A DNA stretch of 63,709 nucleotides, from the NCBI GenBank assembly GCA_049582005.1, contig JBAUTB010000142.1, forward strand, positions 1 to 63,709, read 5' to 3'. Numbering within the stretch: position 1 is the first letter of the stretch; each line of letters opens with the position of its first letter. The position numbers and the translations under genes are program-made. Positions 26,551 to 38,798 of this stretch are shown here, piece by piece. Source of the DNA: Gloeobacterales cyanobacterium (GTDB taxonomy: Bacteria; Cyanobacteriota; Cyanobacteriia; Gloeobacterales; PMM-0068). The notes below the pieces were generated by a model, which ran no database searches, was not told where the DNA came from, and was given only the letters and a program-made list of their open reading frames with translations.

Positions 26551-27480
26551 TTATTCAGTAACGCCCGAATCTCCTAACTGCTGCGATAAAACCTCAAACC
26601 CAGACACAATTTCAAGGATTTCTTCAGTAATCGAGGTTTGGCGCTGGTGCTGAAATTGGGTATTTAACTCGACTAAGCGGTTATTAATATTCTGCTCTGC
26701 TAATTGCATCGAGGTTAAGCGACTGAAAGTTTCGCTTGCCAGGGATTCGACGAGGGCACGGTAGAGTGAAATAAAGAGATACTGGCGAATGAGTGCCGAA
26801 AATAGGGGACGCCAATCCATGGTGAACATCGGTACTGTTTGAGACTGCCAAGCAAGAGTTTGAAACTGCTGAAGCCAAGTCAGGTCGATCGGCAAAAGGT
26901 GCAAGGTATGCGGAGTCACAGCCGCATTAGATTGGAGTTGGTTGTAGAGGAGGATGACCTGATCTAAACGCTGCTGCATTTGCCAGGATTCAATAAGCAA
27001 CAGTAATTCCTGCACGATGGGAGTAATCCCTGATAGTGAAGTCGGCATGGAAAAACTGGTTTCAACGGGGTATTCGGCTGTGGCGATCGCCGTCATCACC
27101 CGTGCGCCAACCACGACAATGACTGGAGTTTGATTAGAGAGTGGTTGCGTCTGGAATTGAGCGATCGCGTAACGACTGATCTGCTCATTAAACTGCCCGC
27201 ACATACCCTGGTCCGAACCAAAGATAATCACGCCAATTTGTTTACTCGATGCATGGATCGGGGAGGTGAGCGTTCGCAAATTTCCCTCGCCCGTTCTGGC
27301 GTATTCCCCTAAAAGCACTTGTAACCCCAAATCGATCGTGCGGCTGTATTCCGCCAGTGATTCAATCGCCCGTTCATATTGGCGAATACTGGCAGCTGAG
27401 AGCACTTTCATCGTTTTGACAACCGATTGAAGGTCTTGAATCGTTGAGATCTGGCGTTGAAGAAATTCCAGGGAAGGCAT
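26551..27480 (-). CDS. atpG: N-type ATPase gamma subunit
   Basis: Has the gamma-type N-terminus (I..I.DLQSVVKTMKVLSAA) and C-terminal helix (RQTSITEEILEIVSG). It is the last gene of the atpDCQRBEFAG operon. Confidence 0.85.
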   Translation of the reverse strand: MPSLEFLQRQISTIQDLQSVVKTMKVLSAASIRQYERAIESLAEYSRTIDLGLQVLLGEYARTGEGNLRTLTSPIHASSKQIGVIIFGSDQGMCGQFNEQISRYAIAQFQTQPLSNQTPVIVVVGARVMTAIATAEYPVETSFSMPTSLSGITPIVQELLLLIESWQMQQRLDQVILLYNQLQSNAAVTPHTLHLLPIDLTWLQQFQTLAWQSQTVPMFTMDWRPLFSALIRQYLFISLYRALVESLASETFSRLTSMQLAEQNINNRLVELNTQFQHQRQTSITEEILEIVSGFEVLSQQLGDSGVTE

Positions 27481-27486
27481 CAGGGG

Positions 27487-29037
27487 CTACCTTGTCGGCT
27501 GAAGGGTTTGGTGAGCAAGCTCTAGCAAAGCGGTGCGATTGATCGGACTTAAGGGTTCGCCGGATTGAACCTGTTTGCAGACCGCTGGCAACTGTTCATT
27601 TATTGCCTTACAAAGTGCTTGTTCGCCTGCCGCCATTTGCTCTATGGAGCAGTCATCAAACAAGCCCTCGGTTACTGCCAACAGCACGATAATCTGTTCT
27701 GCGACCGTCATCGGCTGATATTGGTTTTGCTTCAGGACTTCCCGGACGCGTCGTCCCCGTTCCAGGGTTTGTCTGGTGGATTCCTCCAGCCGCGTACCGA
27801 AGCGAGCAAAGGTTTCCAGTTCCTCAAATTGAGCGTAGGAGAGCCGTAGATCGCCAGCAACCGTGCGGTAGGCAGGCAGTTGCGTTTTGCCACCGACGCG
27901 AGACACGGATTTTCCAACATCGACAGCGGGTAATACTCCCTTTTGGAACAGTGTCGGTGAAAGATAGATTTGGCCATCGGTAATCGAAATCAAATTAGTC
28001 GGAATGTAAGCAGACATGTTCTGGGCTTCTGTTTCCATGATCGGCAATGCTGTGAGGGAGCCGCCCCCTCTGGCAGCGTTGAGATGGGTCGATCGCTCCA
28101 AGAGCCGAGCATGCACATAGAAAATATCACCGGGAAAGGCTTCTCGACCGGGAGGACGACGCAGCAGCAGGGACAACTCGCGATAGGCACGGGCATGGGC
28201 GGTAAGATCATCGTACACAATCAGCACATCATGTCCCTGCTCCATGAAGTACTCTGCCATGGTGGTTGCCGCATAGGGAGCAATAAACTGCAAACCCGGT
28301 GGTTCCTCGCCCCCTGCCACGACGATCAGGCAATAGTCCATGGCCTCATGGGATTGTAAATCCGCAATCAATTTAGCAATCGCCGAACTGCGCTGTCCGA
28401 TCGCACAGTAGACACAGAGAACGTCCTGTCCTTTCTGGTTGAGAATAGTATCCAGGGCGATGGCGCTTTTGCCGGTTTGGCGATCGCCCAGGATGAGTTC
28501 GCGTTGGCCCCGCCCGATCGGGATTAGGGCATCCACAACCTTCAGTCCGGTCTGAAGGGGTACGGTCACGGGTGATCGCTCCATAATGCCGGGAGCATTC
28601 CGTTCTGCCGGGCGGCGCTGCGATACCCGCACAGGACCTTTATCATCCAGGGGACGTCCCATCGGGTTGATCACCCGCCCCAACAGCGTTCTCCCAACGG
28701 GTACATCTAGCACCCGGCCAGTGCGCCTGACTTCAGAACCGGCACTCAGATGTTCGCTTTTGTCCAACAAAATGACACCGACTTCATCTGGATCCAGATT
28801 GAAGACCATCCCCAGACCATTGCCCACAAACCGCACCACTTCTTCTGCCTCAACGCCGGGTAAGCCAGACAAGCGAGCAATCCCTTGCCCCACAAACTGG
28901 ACAATGCCGATTTCCTGAGACTCTAGGGCGGGTTGGTAGTTTGCAAGGACGCGATCGAAGGTCGTGAAAGTTTTGTCCCGCAAGGTTTGAAGCGGTTGGT
29001 CATCCAGGTTCATAGCCAACTCCAGTCTCTTCTTCAA
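27487..29037 (-). CDS. atpA: N-type ATPase alpha subunit
   Basis: Contains GDRQTGKS (Walker A), LIVYDDLT and ITDGQIYL. The start is more likely the MNLDDQ Met at 29013. Confidence 0.9.
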   Translation of the reverse strand: MKKRLELAMNLDDQPLQTLRDKTFTTFDRVLANYQPALESQEIGIVQFVGQGIARLSGLPGVEAEEVVRFVGNGLGMVFNLDPDEVGVILLDKSEHLSAGSEVRRTGRVLDVPVGRTLLGRVINPMGRPLDDKGPVRVSQRRPAERNAPGIMERSPVTVPLQTGLKVVDALIPIGRGQRELILGDRQTGKSAIALDTILNQKGQDVLCVYCAIGQRSSAIAKLIADLQSHEAMDYCLIVVAGGEEPPGLQFIAPYAATTMAEYFMEQGHDVLIVYDDLTAHARAYRELSLLLRRPPGREAFPGDIFYVHARLLERSTHLNAARGGGSLTALPIMETEAQNMSAYIPTNLISITDGQIYLSPTLFQKGVLPAVDVGKSVSRVGGKTQLPAYRTVAGDLRLSYAQFEELETFARFGTRLEESTRQTLERGRRVREVLKQNQYQPMTVAEQIIVLLAVTEGLFDDCSIEQMAAGEQALCKAINEQLPAVCKQVQSGEPLSPINRTALLELAHQTLQPTR

Positions 29038-29797
29038 ACACGGTAGCCAGACGTTCTTCGAAGCGATCCAGATAGTTCTCCACGCTCCAGGCTAATTTGC
29101 ATCCTGGTGCCCGTAACTCGATCCCACAGATCAGGTGAGGGTTGATTTCAAACTTTACGTTCAGGGGTTTAGCCTGTTGCAACTGCTGCTGCAAGGCTTG
29201 GGCGATCGCCTGTCGATCGGGTTCAGAAATCGTAAATGCACTATGGATCACCACTGGATGACGGGTGGAATTTTCAGGTCCGGCTAGACTATCAAGCGCC
29301 TGTTGCTCCGCTTCCGTCAGATGATGTAGCCGTTGTAAGAAAAGGGCAATTAGGCGACGTTCTAAATCCACATCTGCCAGGTCTGCCAAGACTCGTCGCA
29401 CGGTCGTCTGTACCTGCTGTATCGCCTGATGACGCAGTTCTCGCAAAAACGAGGCCTGTTGTTGTCGCACCACCAATTGCCAACGCCCTTGCATCGCATC
29501 CACGTCCTCCCGCACCGTTTGGATCTGGGCTAGCCGGAATTGTTCGACCTCTGCTTTTGTCTGGGCTAGCAGAGCCGCTTTTTGGGCTTCTAGATCCTGT
29601 TGCAGTTGGCGATAGTGTTGGGCTTCCTGTTGCGCCTCCTGCTCCTTTTGGGCAGCAGATTGCAGACGATTGCTGATCATTTCCTCCCGCTGATCCATCG
29701 CCCGGATGATCGGTTTGTACAACACCCGTTGTAATACAAAGACCAGGATCAAAAAGTTAATGATCTGAGCAACCAGCGTAAACCAATTGATTTCCAC
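29000..29797 (-). CDS. atpF: N-type ATPase b subunit with a delta/OSCP-like C-terminal extension
   Basis: An N-terminal TM helix ([17 protein letters not shown]) is followed by a long Gln/Ala coiled coil. About 100 extra aa end in [32 protein letters not shown], which resembles the C-terminal domain of delta subunits. The operon has no separate delta gene. Confidence 0.75.
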   Translation of the reverse strand: MEINWFTLVAQIINFLILVFVLQRVLYKPIIRAMDQREEMISNRLQSAAQKEQEAQQEAQHYRQLQQDLEAQKAALLAQTKAEVEQFRLAQIQTVREDVDAMQGRWQLVVRQQQASFLRELRHQAIQQVQTTVRRVLADLADVDLERRLIALFLQRLHHLTEAEQQALDSLAGPENSTRHPVVIHSAFTISEPDRQAIAQALQQQLQQAKPLNVKFEINPHLICGIELRAPGCKLAWSVENYLDRFEERLATVFEEETGVGYEPG

Positions 29798-29801
29798 TGC
29801 C

Positions 29802-30080
29802 TTAAACTCCTGCTTTGCTGATCACGTAACTCCAGAAGGGATTGGCAAAGATCAAAATCAGGGCAATGAGAAAGCAGTAAATCGAAACCGATTCAATAAA
29901 GGCTAAACCGACAAACAGCGTGCGCGTAATGGTGTTGGCTTCATCGGGCTGCTGTGCGATGGCACTGAGTGCCTGGGCGATCGCGCGGCCTTCCCCAAGA
30001 GCGGGTCCAATGGACCCGATCGCCATCGTCAGTCCTGCCGTCAGGATAGAAATCATGCCCAACAGACTAATGCTATTCAT
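29802..30080 (-). CDS. atpE: N-type ATPase c subunit
   Basis: Forms a hairpin of two TM helices with the QQPD loop and IESVSIY in helix 2. I chose the ATG at 30080, 1 nt after the atpB stop, over the track start at 30164. Confidence 0.85.
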   Translation of the reverse strand: MNSISLLGMISILTAGLTMAIGSIGPALGEGRAIAQALSAIAQQPDEANTITRTLFVGLAFIESVSIYCFLIALILIFANPFWSYVISKAGV

Positions 30081-30081
30081 G

Positions 30082-30804
30082 CTACGTTTCCTCCAGAGAT
30101 GATTGAGTTTTAGCCGCATTGGACGGACGCTTATGTCCTGCTTCCACTTGACTGGCTGAAGCAATGTAGACCATGGCTAGGATGGCAAAGATATACGCCT
30201 GGATAAGTCCGATCAACAATCCCAAAGCTTTCATCACAATCGGGAAAAATAGGGGGGCAATGGATAATAAAATGGCGGCAATCATCCCTTCACTCATCAC
30301 ATTGCCAAATAGCCGGACTGCCAGAGCCAGGGTGCGGGAGAGTTCTCCAATCACATGGAAGGGCAACATGATTGGGCTGGGGTCGAGGTAGTGCTTCAAA
30401 TAGCCCAGCAACCCTTGCTGCCAAATCCCGTAGAAGGGCACGGCAAAAAACACACAAATTGCCAGAGCAGCCGTTGTTGATAGGGATCCGGTGGGGGGAT
30501 AATACTCCGGCACGATCGCCAGCACATTGGCAGTGGCAATGAAAATAAATAGCGTCCCGACAAACGGCAGGTAGGGCAGAGGATCTTGGCCGCTGGTTTG
30601 CTGGATTTGATCGCGCACATTGAACACCAGCACTTCCAAGAGATTCTGCCAGCGAGACAGATAAATACCGGTGGAAAGGTTGCGGGTGATCAGCCAAGCA
30701 CCGATGCCCAGCAGCACTATGATGCCCCAGGTATAGACCAGAGTGGCATTGAGAACGATCATCCCCGATCGCCAGAAAATGATGGTGTCCGGACTGATCT
30801 GCAT
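30082..30804 (-). CDS. atpB: N-type ATPase a subunit
   Basis: A polytopic protein with the conserved stator arginine region (LALAVRLFGNVMSEGMI). Confidence 0.85.
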   Translation of the reverse strand: MQISPDTIIFWRSGMIVLNATLVYTWGIIVLLGIGAWLITRNLSTGIYLSRWQNLLEVLVFNVRDQIQQTSGQDPLPYLPFVGTLFIFIATANVLAIVPEYYPPTGSLSTTAALAICVFFAVPFYGIWQQGLLGYLKHYLDPSPIMLPFHVIGELSRTLALAVRLFGNVMSEGMIAAILLSIAPLFFPIVMKALGLLIGLIQAYIFAILAMVYIASASQVEAGHKRPSNAAKTQSSLEET

Positions 30805-30811
30805 AGTGTTC

Positions 30812-31108
30812 TTACCCTACTTTGACGCCTAACCGTTGCACCATCCGGTTGCGTGTCCAGAAAAAGGCAGCAACGCAGCCCAACAGCGGCAATGGGCTGG
30901 GCTGGAGCATGCCCAATAGGAGGGAAAATGCCGCCAGACAAAACCCCAACCGGAGGATGAGACTGATGATCGATAGCTGAATTGTATGGCGAGTCGTCGG
31001 TAAGCGCCGTACTGTCAACCAGAGCCCACCAAAGTAAAGGACGCCCAGGATGAGGCCCCAACCTACCCCTGCCACAATCGCCACGGGCAAAAACAACCCA
31101 TTATTCAT
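30812..31108 (-). CDS. atpR: N-ATPase accessory membrane protein AtpR
   Basis: A small protein of about 98 aa with three hydrophobic helices and Arg residues adjacent to or within them (GGLWLTVRRL, LILRLG). It occupies the atpR position between atpQ and atpB. Start at 31108 overlaps the atpQ stop. Confidence 0.65.
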   Translation of the reverse strand: MNNGLFLPVAIVAGVGWGLILGVLYFGGLWLTVRRLPTTRHTIQLSIISLILRLGFCLAAFSLLLGMLQPSPLPLLGCVAAFFWTRNRMVQRLGVKVG

Positions 31109-31472
31109 CGTGCTGATTTTCCTGCTTGCTTTGTACGGGAGGCTCTGAAGATTGCTCCATCGCCTGCTGCTCTCGGGCAACCCAGTTCCAGGCATTCAGA
31201 CAGCCCAGCATTAATCCGGCAACCATGAGCATCAAGGTCCAGGAAAGGTGGCTGGGAAACTGTCCATCGATCCAGACCCCGATTGCCAGACCTAACAGCG
31301 TCGGAACCACGATCGACCAGCCCACCAAACCGAGCAATCCCAACCCAAACCAGAGGGTCTGATCTTTCTGGCGTCTAGCCCTGAGTTTGCTTTGCTCCCG
31401 GTTCGTGATGCGTTGCATAAAGTGATCACGCGATGTCTGTTGATTGTGCTCGGAGGATGTAACTTTTCCCAT
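31101..31472 (-). CDS. atpQ: N-ATPase accessory membrane protein AtpQ (AtpI/AtpZ-like)
   Basis: Has a basic N-terminus and two TM helices (LWFGLGLLGLVGWSIVVPTLLGLAIGVWID). It sits between atpC and atpR. Confidence 0.65.
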   Translation of the reverse strand: MGKVTSSEHNQQTSRDHFMQRITNREQSKLRARRQKDQTLWFGLGLLGLVGWSIVVPTLLGLAIGVWIDGQFPSHLSWTLMLMVAGLMLGCLNAWNWVAREQQAMEQSSEPPVQSKQENQHDE

Positions 31473-31478
31473 CGTTCC

Positions 31479-31862
31479 CTAACCCCCTAATTCAACAAAT
31501 TGGCGCACCAGATTCGCTTCTAGCTTGGCGAGAACCGATCGCATTTTGGTTTCCCGTTCATCCAAAACTTGGAACTCCTGCTCAATCGTCTGTTTCAGCA
31601 TGCCTAAATCTCCGCCCAGCACAGCTTGAGAGGTAGAAACGAGGACTTCCATCCCACATTTGACCAAAATACCGGAATCTACTGCCAGGAAATGCTCTTG
31701 TCCATTCATTGCCACAAAAGCCAACAATCCGGGCACCAGGGCGGTTACATAATCAATATGGTGCGGCAAAAGGCAAAAGCAACCGTTCTCTGCTTCTGCT
31801 GTAACTTTCGTGACTTCTATCTCCAGCAGAATTTTGGTGGGTAGGATGATTTTAAGTTTCAT
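31479..31862 (-). CDS. atpC: N-type ATPase epsilon subunit
   Basis: 127 aa. The N-terminus is beta-sandwich-like (LKIILPTKILLEIEVTKVTAEAENGCFCLLPHH) and the C-terminus is helical. Confidence 0.8.
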   Translation of the reverse strand: MKLKIILPTKILLEIEVTKVTAEAENGCFCLLPHHIDYVTALVPGLLAFVAMNGQEHFLAVDSGILVKCGMEVLVSTSQAVLGGDLGMLKQTIEQEFQVLDERETKMRSVLAKLEANLVRQFVELGG

Positions 31863-31956
31863 AACGCTCGCCGCTGGGCTATGGCATCACTATGCGACAG
31901 CTTGCAGGAAGTTACCATCCTTGTTCGCACTTCTTGAGGTTTGAATCGGGAAATCC

Positions 31957-34219
<2,263 letters not shown>

Positions 34220-34299
34220 TAAACCCTCAAGACCCAGCCTTCCCGTTCCAGCTTAATCTTGTTGGTTGGTCTTTACATCCACCGTAAGATTCATAAAGG

Positions 34300-35808
34300 C
34301 TAGAACTTCTGGAGTGCTTCTTCTCCCCGACGGTGAATCTCCCGTGCGTAGTCGGTCCAAGTCCCCTGTCCCCAATAGCGAAAGCAACTGGTTTGGGTGA
34401 GGAGATTGTATAGCAGAGCTTCGCGATAGCGGGTTTGGCGCGTGAGCGGTTCTCCAGAAGATTGATTAGTCTCTGCGGTCATCAAGGGGTCTATCTTCTG
34501 GTGGAACATCGCACTCAGTTGATTCATCGGGCCCAACACGTTCTCATAGCCTTTGACCCAACTTAAGTCGTTGGTCCAAGAAGCACCATCCATATGGAAG
34601 TTGTGATGGGTTTTCTTCACTGCTTCGATAGCTTCGGCTACTTTCTCAGGGGTTGCAGATTCTGGAGAAACCCGCTCCCAGATAAGATGTTGCCCCACTG
34701 GCTGACACACAGGATAGTCCTCAGGCTTACAGCCTGCCGCTTCAATCAGCTCTAGATATTCGGTCCCATTCAGACCGACCACGCCTGATGTGCCGCCATT
34801 ATGGTGGGACATGTCATACCAAGCATTCTTGAATCCATCCGGGAATTCATTCATCATCACGCCCCCATTCTCACCATCCCCAATCTGGGTCACGATGGGA
34901 GGGATAGAAATACCGGAAATCTGCTGCCGAGAAAGGGTTTTGGCTTCGTAGTAGGGCTGCATCTGAGCCACCAACTTGGTGTCTGAGCCTTGGGTTTTAA
35001 TCAACGCTGTGATGCTAATGGTCTCGCCGTGGGAATTGCGTGCCAGCAGGCGATGGGGAAGATGCCTGTTATGCAGGCTATGCCCTTCTAAGGTCTCTAT
35101 GGAATGCTCTTGGACCATGAGCCAGCGATAGCCACATTCTTTCAGGGCTTTGATGTACTCATAGAGGGTATCGGGATGATTCGGTAGATGCATTTCTGGA
35201 GGAGAAAATCCCTTCACCCGAGCCAAAGCTTCCCAGCCAAAGACACTGGCGAAGTAGTGTTGCCATGCCTGGATATGTAGCTTCAGGTCAGGGATGGGCG
35301 TGGAAGGCGCAACAGCATGACTCCACATCGTTCCTAACCATTCCACATAGGGCTGATAGCTGGGGTCACAGGTAACACGCTTCAGGTTGTCAAGGACATC
35401 TCCGCGTCCCATTTGTCGGAGTCCCCAGAGGAGGTTTCCCGAATAATCCAACATCACACGCGGGTTACAACCCTGGGCGACGAGTTCAGGGATAAAGTCT
35501 GCAATACGGCTATAGCACCAAGCAAAAACCCCCGCATTGTGGTTATCTCCATCGTGGGGATTCTCAAACATATGTTGCAGGTTGCTTATCAAAGCCCCCT
35601 GATGTCCGGCAGGGATAGTGGGCTGGTGCATATGCAACGCAACGGCAAAAGCAGCCGTAACATTTTCTAGACGAATATTCGTTCTGGGTAAAAACACAGG
35701 CTGGTCTTGTTGCACAACAGACTGGACCTCCGCTTCCCATCCTGAAATATTGGGTAAACCATCGATAATTTCCGAGAGAACGGGTAAGCGTGTGGGAGCA
35801 GAAACCAT
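34300..35808 (-). CDS. Glycoside hydrolase family 57 protein
   Basis: The GH57 region-1 signature ALHMHQP is near the N-terminus, and the protein is about 500 aa. Met at 35808 (MVSAPTR) chosen. Confidence 0.75.
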   Translation of the reverse strand: MVSAPTRLPVLSEIIDGLPNISGWEAEVQSVVQQDQPVFLPRTNIRLENVTAAFAVALHMHQPTIPAGHQGALISNLQHMFENPHDGDNHNAGVFAWCYSRIADFIPELVAQGCNPRVMLDYSGNLLWGLRQMGRGDVLDNLKRVTCDPSYQPYVEWLGTMWSHAVAPSTPIPDLKLHIQAWQHYFASVFGWEALARVKGFSPPEMHLPNHPDTLYEYIKALKECGYRWLMVQEHSIETLEGHSLHNRHLPHRLLARNSHGETISITALIKTQGSDTKLVAQMQPYYEAKTLSRQQISGISIPPIVTQIGDGENGGVMMNEFPDGFKNAWYDMSHHNGGTSGVVGLNGTEYLELIEAAGCKPEDYPVCQPVGQHLIWERVSPESATPEKVAEAIEAVKKTHHNFHMDGASWTNDLSWVKGYENVLGPMNQLSAMFHQKIDPLMTAETNQSSGEPLTRQTRYREALLYNLLTQTSCFRYWGQGTWTDYAREIHRRGEEALQKF

Positions 35809-36121
35809 AGGAATGAGTCCTTTAACAATACAGAGGAAGATCAACCCAATACTACCTAAAAGCTCGCCCTTTCCTTCTCTGGGCTAGCATTTCTGCATCA
35901 GGCCAATAGTTATAAGTGTAGGGATCTAGCCCGCTACAATTTCTAGCCTTAAGGAATAGTCAAGGATTCAAACTATCTACGCGCAAAGGAACTAATTTGC
36001 CCTCGGTTGTGCGCCCAAGCAGCATATTCTGCTGGGCTTGAATTCCTTAGCCAGCAATGGCACAGTGCTCTTCTCATTGCGCTACGGCAGCGATGCTCAC
36101 CCGAAGATCCGCTAAGCCAAC

Positions 36122-36523
36122 CTAATGCGCCCACGCCAACTCCAGAAGACGGCCCAATTGCTGGACACTCATCCAATCCAAACCCCGTAGCGTCGCCAAG
36201 GACTTCTGAGGATTGCTGGTACTGATAAATTGCTGCTTAAATTGCTCCCAGCCAAAGAGTTGAATCATTAAGGCACACTGACTAGGACCTAAGGCAGCCT
36301 CAGCGGGCACCCATTTGTGTGTGGGCACAGTGTGCTGGTCAACGGCATAGGGGTCAAAACCACCATAGGTCTGGATTAGGTCTGGCCAAATTCTCACTAG
36401 TTTGCTTTCTCCAATCTCACGACTAAAGACTACCCAGCAATAAGCTTCAAAGAATGTTTGTGGAGTAAGCTCTATGGACATGCCAGAACTAAAATCGACA
36501 ACTGGCTGAGTTTGGATAAGCAT
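36122..36523 (-). CDS. Hypothetical protein
   Basis: 133-aa ORF with no recognisable motif, flanked by intergenic regions of 277 and 314 nt. Confidence 0.35.
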   Translation of the reverse strand: MLIQTQPVVDFSSGMSIELTPQTFFEAYCWVVFSREIGESKLVRIWPDLIQTYGGFDPYAVDQHTVPTHKWVPAEAALGPSQCALMIQLFGWEQFKQQFISTSNPQKSLATLRGLDWMSVQQLGRLLELAWAH

Positions 36524-36837
36524 GACAGACCTCGGTGGACGTGATGTAGTAGCGGTTCAGTATCTTGCACTCCTGAATTTAGTATGCTCGAAATAACAGG
36601 GTCCTTTCTAAAGGAAGACTGAAGACTACTTGAGGTCTTAATAAAGAGGGTTTGACATAGGTTTATACTTGAAGCATTTTTGTCTTCATTTTGTCTTCAT
36701 ATAGTTACTTTTTGCATGCACTAAGATCACTCCTTCCCTTTTAGACGCACGAAGTGTGGCTGCATTGCAAGGCCTACGCAGGTTAGGTTGGAGGGCTGGG
36801 GGGGCAGATTGCAATGCATTTATTTAATAAATTGGTA

Positions 36838-37836
36838 TTAGCTGACTCGACAGAGCAAAAGACCAAACCAATGATTCGGGTCTGTCCAGGTCTGTATAGG
36901 AACCAATCCCTTAGCCGCGAGATTTTCCTGGATATTTTTCATGTTAAATTTTCGAGAAATCTCCGTTAGGATAGTTTCCCCTGCCTCAAAAGTTACCTTC
37001 AGATCTAAGGCACCAAGATGAACGACTTGATCAACTAAACTCTCTAAATGCATTTCAATTTGCTGCAAAAATTCATTATAAAAAGCCACATGTTTGAACT
37101 GCGTGAGATCAAAATCTCCTCCAAATTTCCGGTTGAGATGACGGAGTACGTTCAGGTTAAAAGCTGCCGTAACCTCCTGACTATCGTTATAGGCAGCTTC
37201 CACGATCGCTTTGGGTTTTTGCAGGTCTACGCCAAGTAAGAAATATGCACCTGTATCCAAGGCATCTCCCATTTGGGTAAAGAATTGGTCGCATTCCTCA
37301 GAATTGAGATTTCCCAGGGTACTGCCCAAAAAACAGAGCATTCGGGTAGGCAAGGGCGAAGGTGCCAATTTCTCTAATGCCAGATCGAAGGTGCTTACGA
37401 CCCCATGCACCTTTAGCGTTGGATAGGACCTAAGTAGCTGCAAAGCACTCTCTTCAAGGATGCCTGCACTCACATCAATCGGTAAATAGTGCAGTGGATA
37501 GCCCAGCGCGCCATAGGCATCAAGCAAAATACGGGTCTTGGTTGAGCTGCCACTCCCCAACTCAACTAATTCACAAGGGCCTGTCAGCTTGGCAATCCCA
37601 GCAGCATTCTGCTGCAAAATGGAAGCTTCTGTACGGGTCGGATAGTACTCGGGAAGGCTACATATTTGCTCAAACAACTCCGAACCTCGGTCATCATAAA
37701 AGTAGCGTGGTGGAAGCGTTTTGGGTACTTGACTCAAGCCTTTTACCACATCTTCATCCCTTTCAAAGAGAGAGGAGGGCCCAGATTGAAGCAGTTGCTC
37801 CAGATACAAACGCTCGTATAACTCTTTCTGAAGCAT
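36838..37836 (-). CDS. egtD: EgtD-like L-histidine N-alpha-methyltransferase (DUF2260 family)
   Basis: PRYFYDDRGSELFEQICSLPEYYPTRTE, VELGSGSSTKTRILLDA, YLPIDVS and FLGSTLGN are the collinear EgtD-family blocks. Confidence 0.8.
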   Translation of the reverse strand: MLQKELYERLYLEQLLQSGPSSLFERDEDVVKGLSQVPKTLPPRYFYDDRGSELFEQICSLPEYYPTRTEASILQQNAAGIAKLTGPCELVELGSGSSTKTRILLDAYGALGYPLHYLPIDVSAGILEESALQLLRSYPTLKVHGVVSTFDLALEKLAPSPLPTRMLCFLGSTLGNLNSEECDQFFTQMGDALDTGAYFLLGVDLQKPKAIVEAAYNDSQEVTAAFNLNVLRHLNRKFGGDFDLTQFKHVAFYNEFLQQIEMHLESLVDQVVHLGALDLKVTFEAGETILTEISRKFNMKNIQENLAAKGLVPIQTWTDPNHWFGLLLCRVS

Positions 37837-38150
37837 ACTGATGATTTCTCCCTGCTTCTCTACGTTGCCGCGCCTTAGCTAAACAGCACAGAGGGACGTA
37901 TGAATTGATTTAGATAACCATGAGTATTATCTATGGTCACCTCTCCAATGATTAGTTCCGTTTGCTACATTAGAGGGCATTTTGGTGCACTTTTGCTCGG
38001 GATCCTCCCTTTGCTCTTTTCCGCCTTGCCGGACTCTTCTAATGACCTTCCGCCGCATCAGAAGCTGCAGAAAATCCAGTTTAATAAAAAATACATTCCA
38101 GCAATCGGCTCAGATAAAGCGTTATAGTCAAACGGTTACGGGATGGATTC

Positions 38151-38798
38151 TTGAAGAGGTTGCGAGTGCCTAGAATAGTCGCTATCGTCAATGGCAAAGG
38201 TGGGGTTGGAAAAACAACGACATCTGTAAACCTAGCTGCGACCCTTGCACAAAAGATAAAAGTTTTGTTAGTGGATGCAGACCCCCAAGCTTCAGCCGCT
38301 TGGTGGGCGGAGCGAAGCGAAAATGGCATTGGTTTTGATCTGATCAGGGAAACCGATCCAGAACGCCTCGGTGATTTACGTAATACAAAGGGCTATGAAT
38401 TGGTGATGGTGGACACCCCTCCTGCTTTACGTTCTGAAGCATTAGCAGCGATAGTCTCTTCTGCTGATTATTTAGTTTTGCCTACTCCACCAGCCCCCAT
38501 GGATCTAACGGTGCTGATTGAGACCGTTCGCGAGGCTGTCAGACCTATAGGGGTTGCGCATCGGGTACTGCTGACACGGGTGGATACCCGTAGTTTGAAA
38601 GAGGCCCTGGAAGCCCAAAAGACTCTAATGGATGTGGGTATTCCTACCTGTAATGCCTTTGTCCGCGCCTACAAAGCTCATGAACGAGCAGCACTGGAAG
38701 GCGTATCGATTACAAACTGGCGAGGAAAAAATGCCCAAGAAGCTGAGGCAGATTATCGTCGGGTGGCCGATGAACTTCAACGAGACTGGGGGAACTAA
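38151..38798 (+). CDS. ParA/MinD-family deviant Walker A ATPase (McdA-like)
   Basis: IVAIVNGKGGVGKTTTSVNLA (KGGxxGKT) and VMVDTPP (Walker B-like) are present. The protein is short, about 210 aa, with no N-terminal DNA-binding domain. The GTG at 38166, preceded by GAAGAGG, is an alternative start. Confidence 0.85.
   Translation: MKRLRVPRIVAIVNGKGGVGKTTTSVNLAATLAQKIKVLLVDADPQASAAWWAERSENGIGFDLIRETDPERLGDLRNTKGYELVMVDTPPALRSEALAAIVSSADYLVLPTPPAPMDLTVLIETVREAVRPIGVAHRVLLTRVDTRSLKEALEAQKTLMDVGIPTCNAFVRAYKAHERAALEGVSITNWRGKNAQEAEADYRRVADELQRDWGN

Noticed and set aside
29236-29676. Antisense or alternative-frame ORFs across the N-ATPase block (for example 29236-29676, 30290-30697, 28586-28918, 32849-33247, 33858-34166).
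   Set aside because: GC-rich DNA produces long spurious ORFs. The products are Pro/Arg/Ala-rich and low-complexity, and each lies fully inside a well-supported atp gene.
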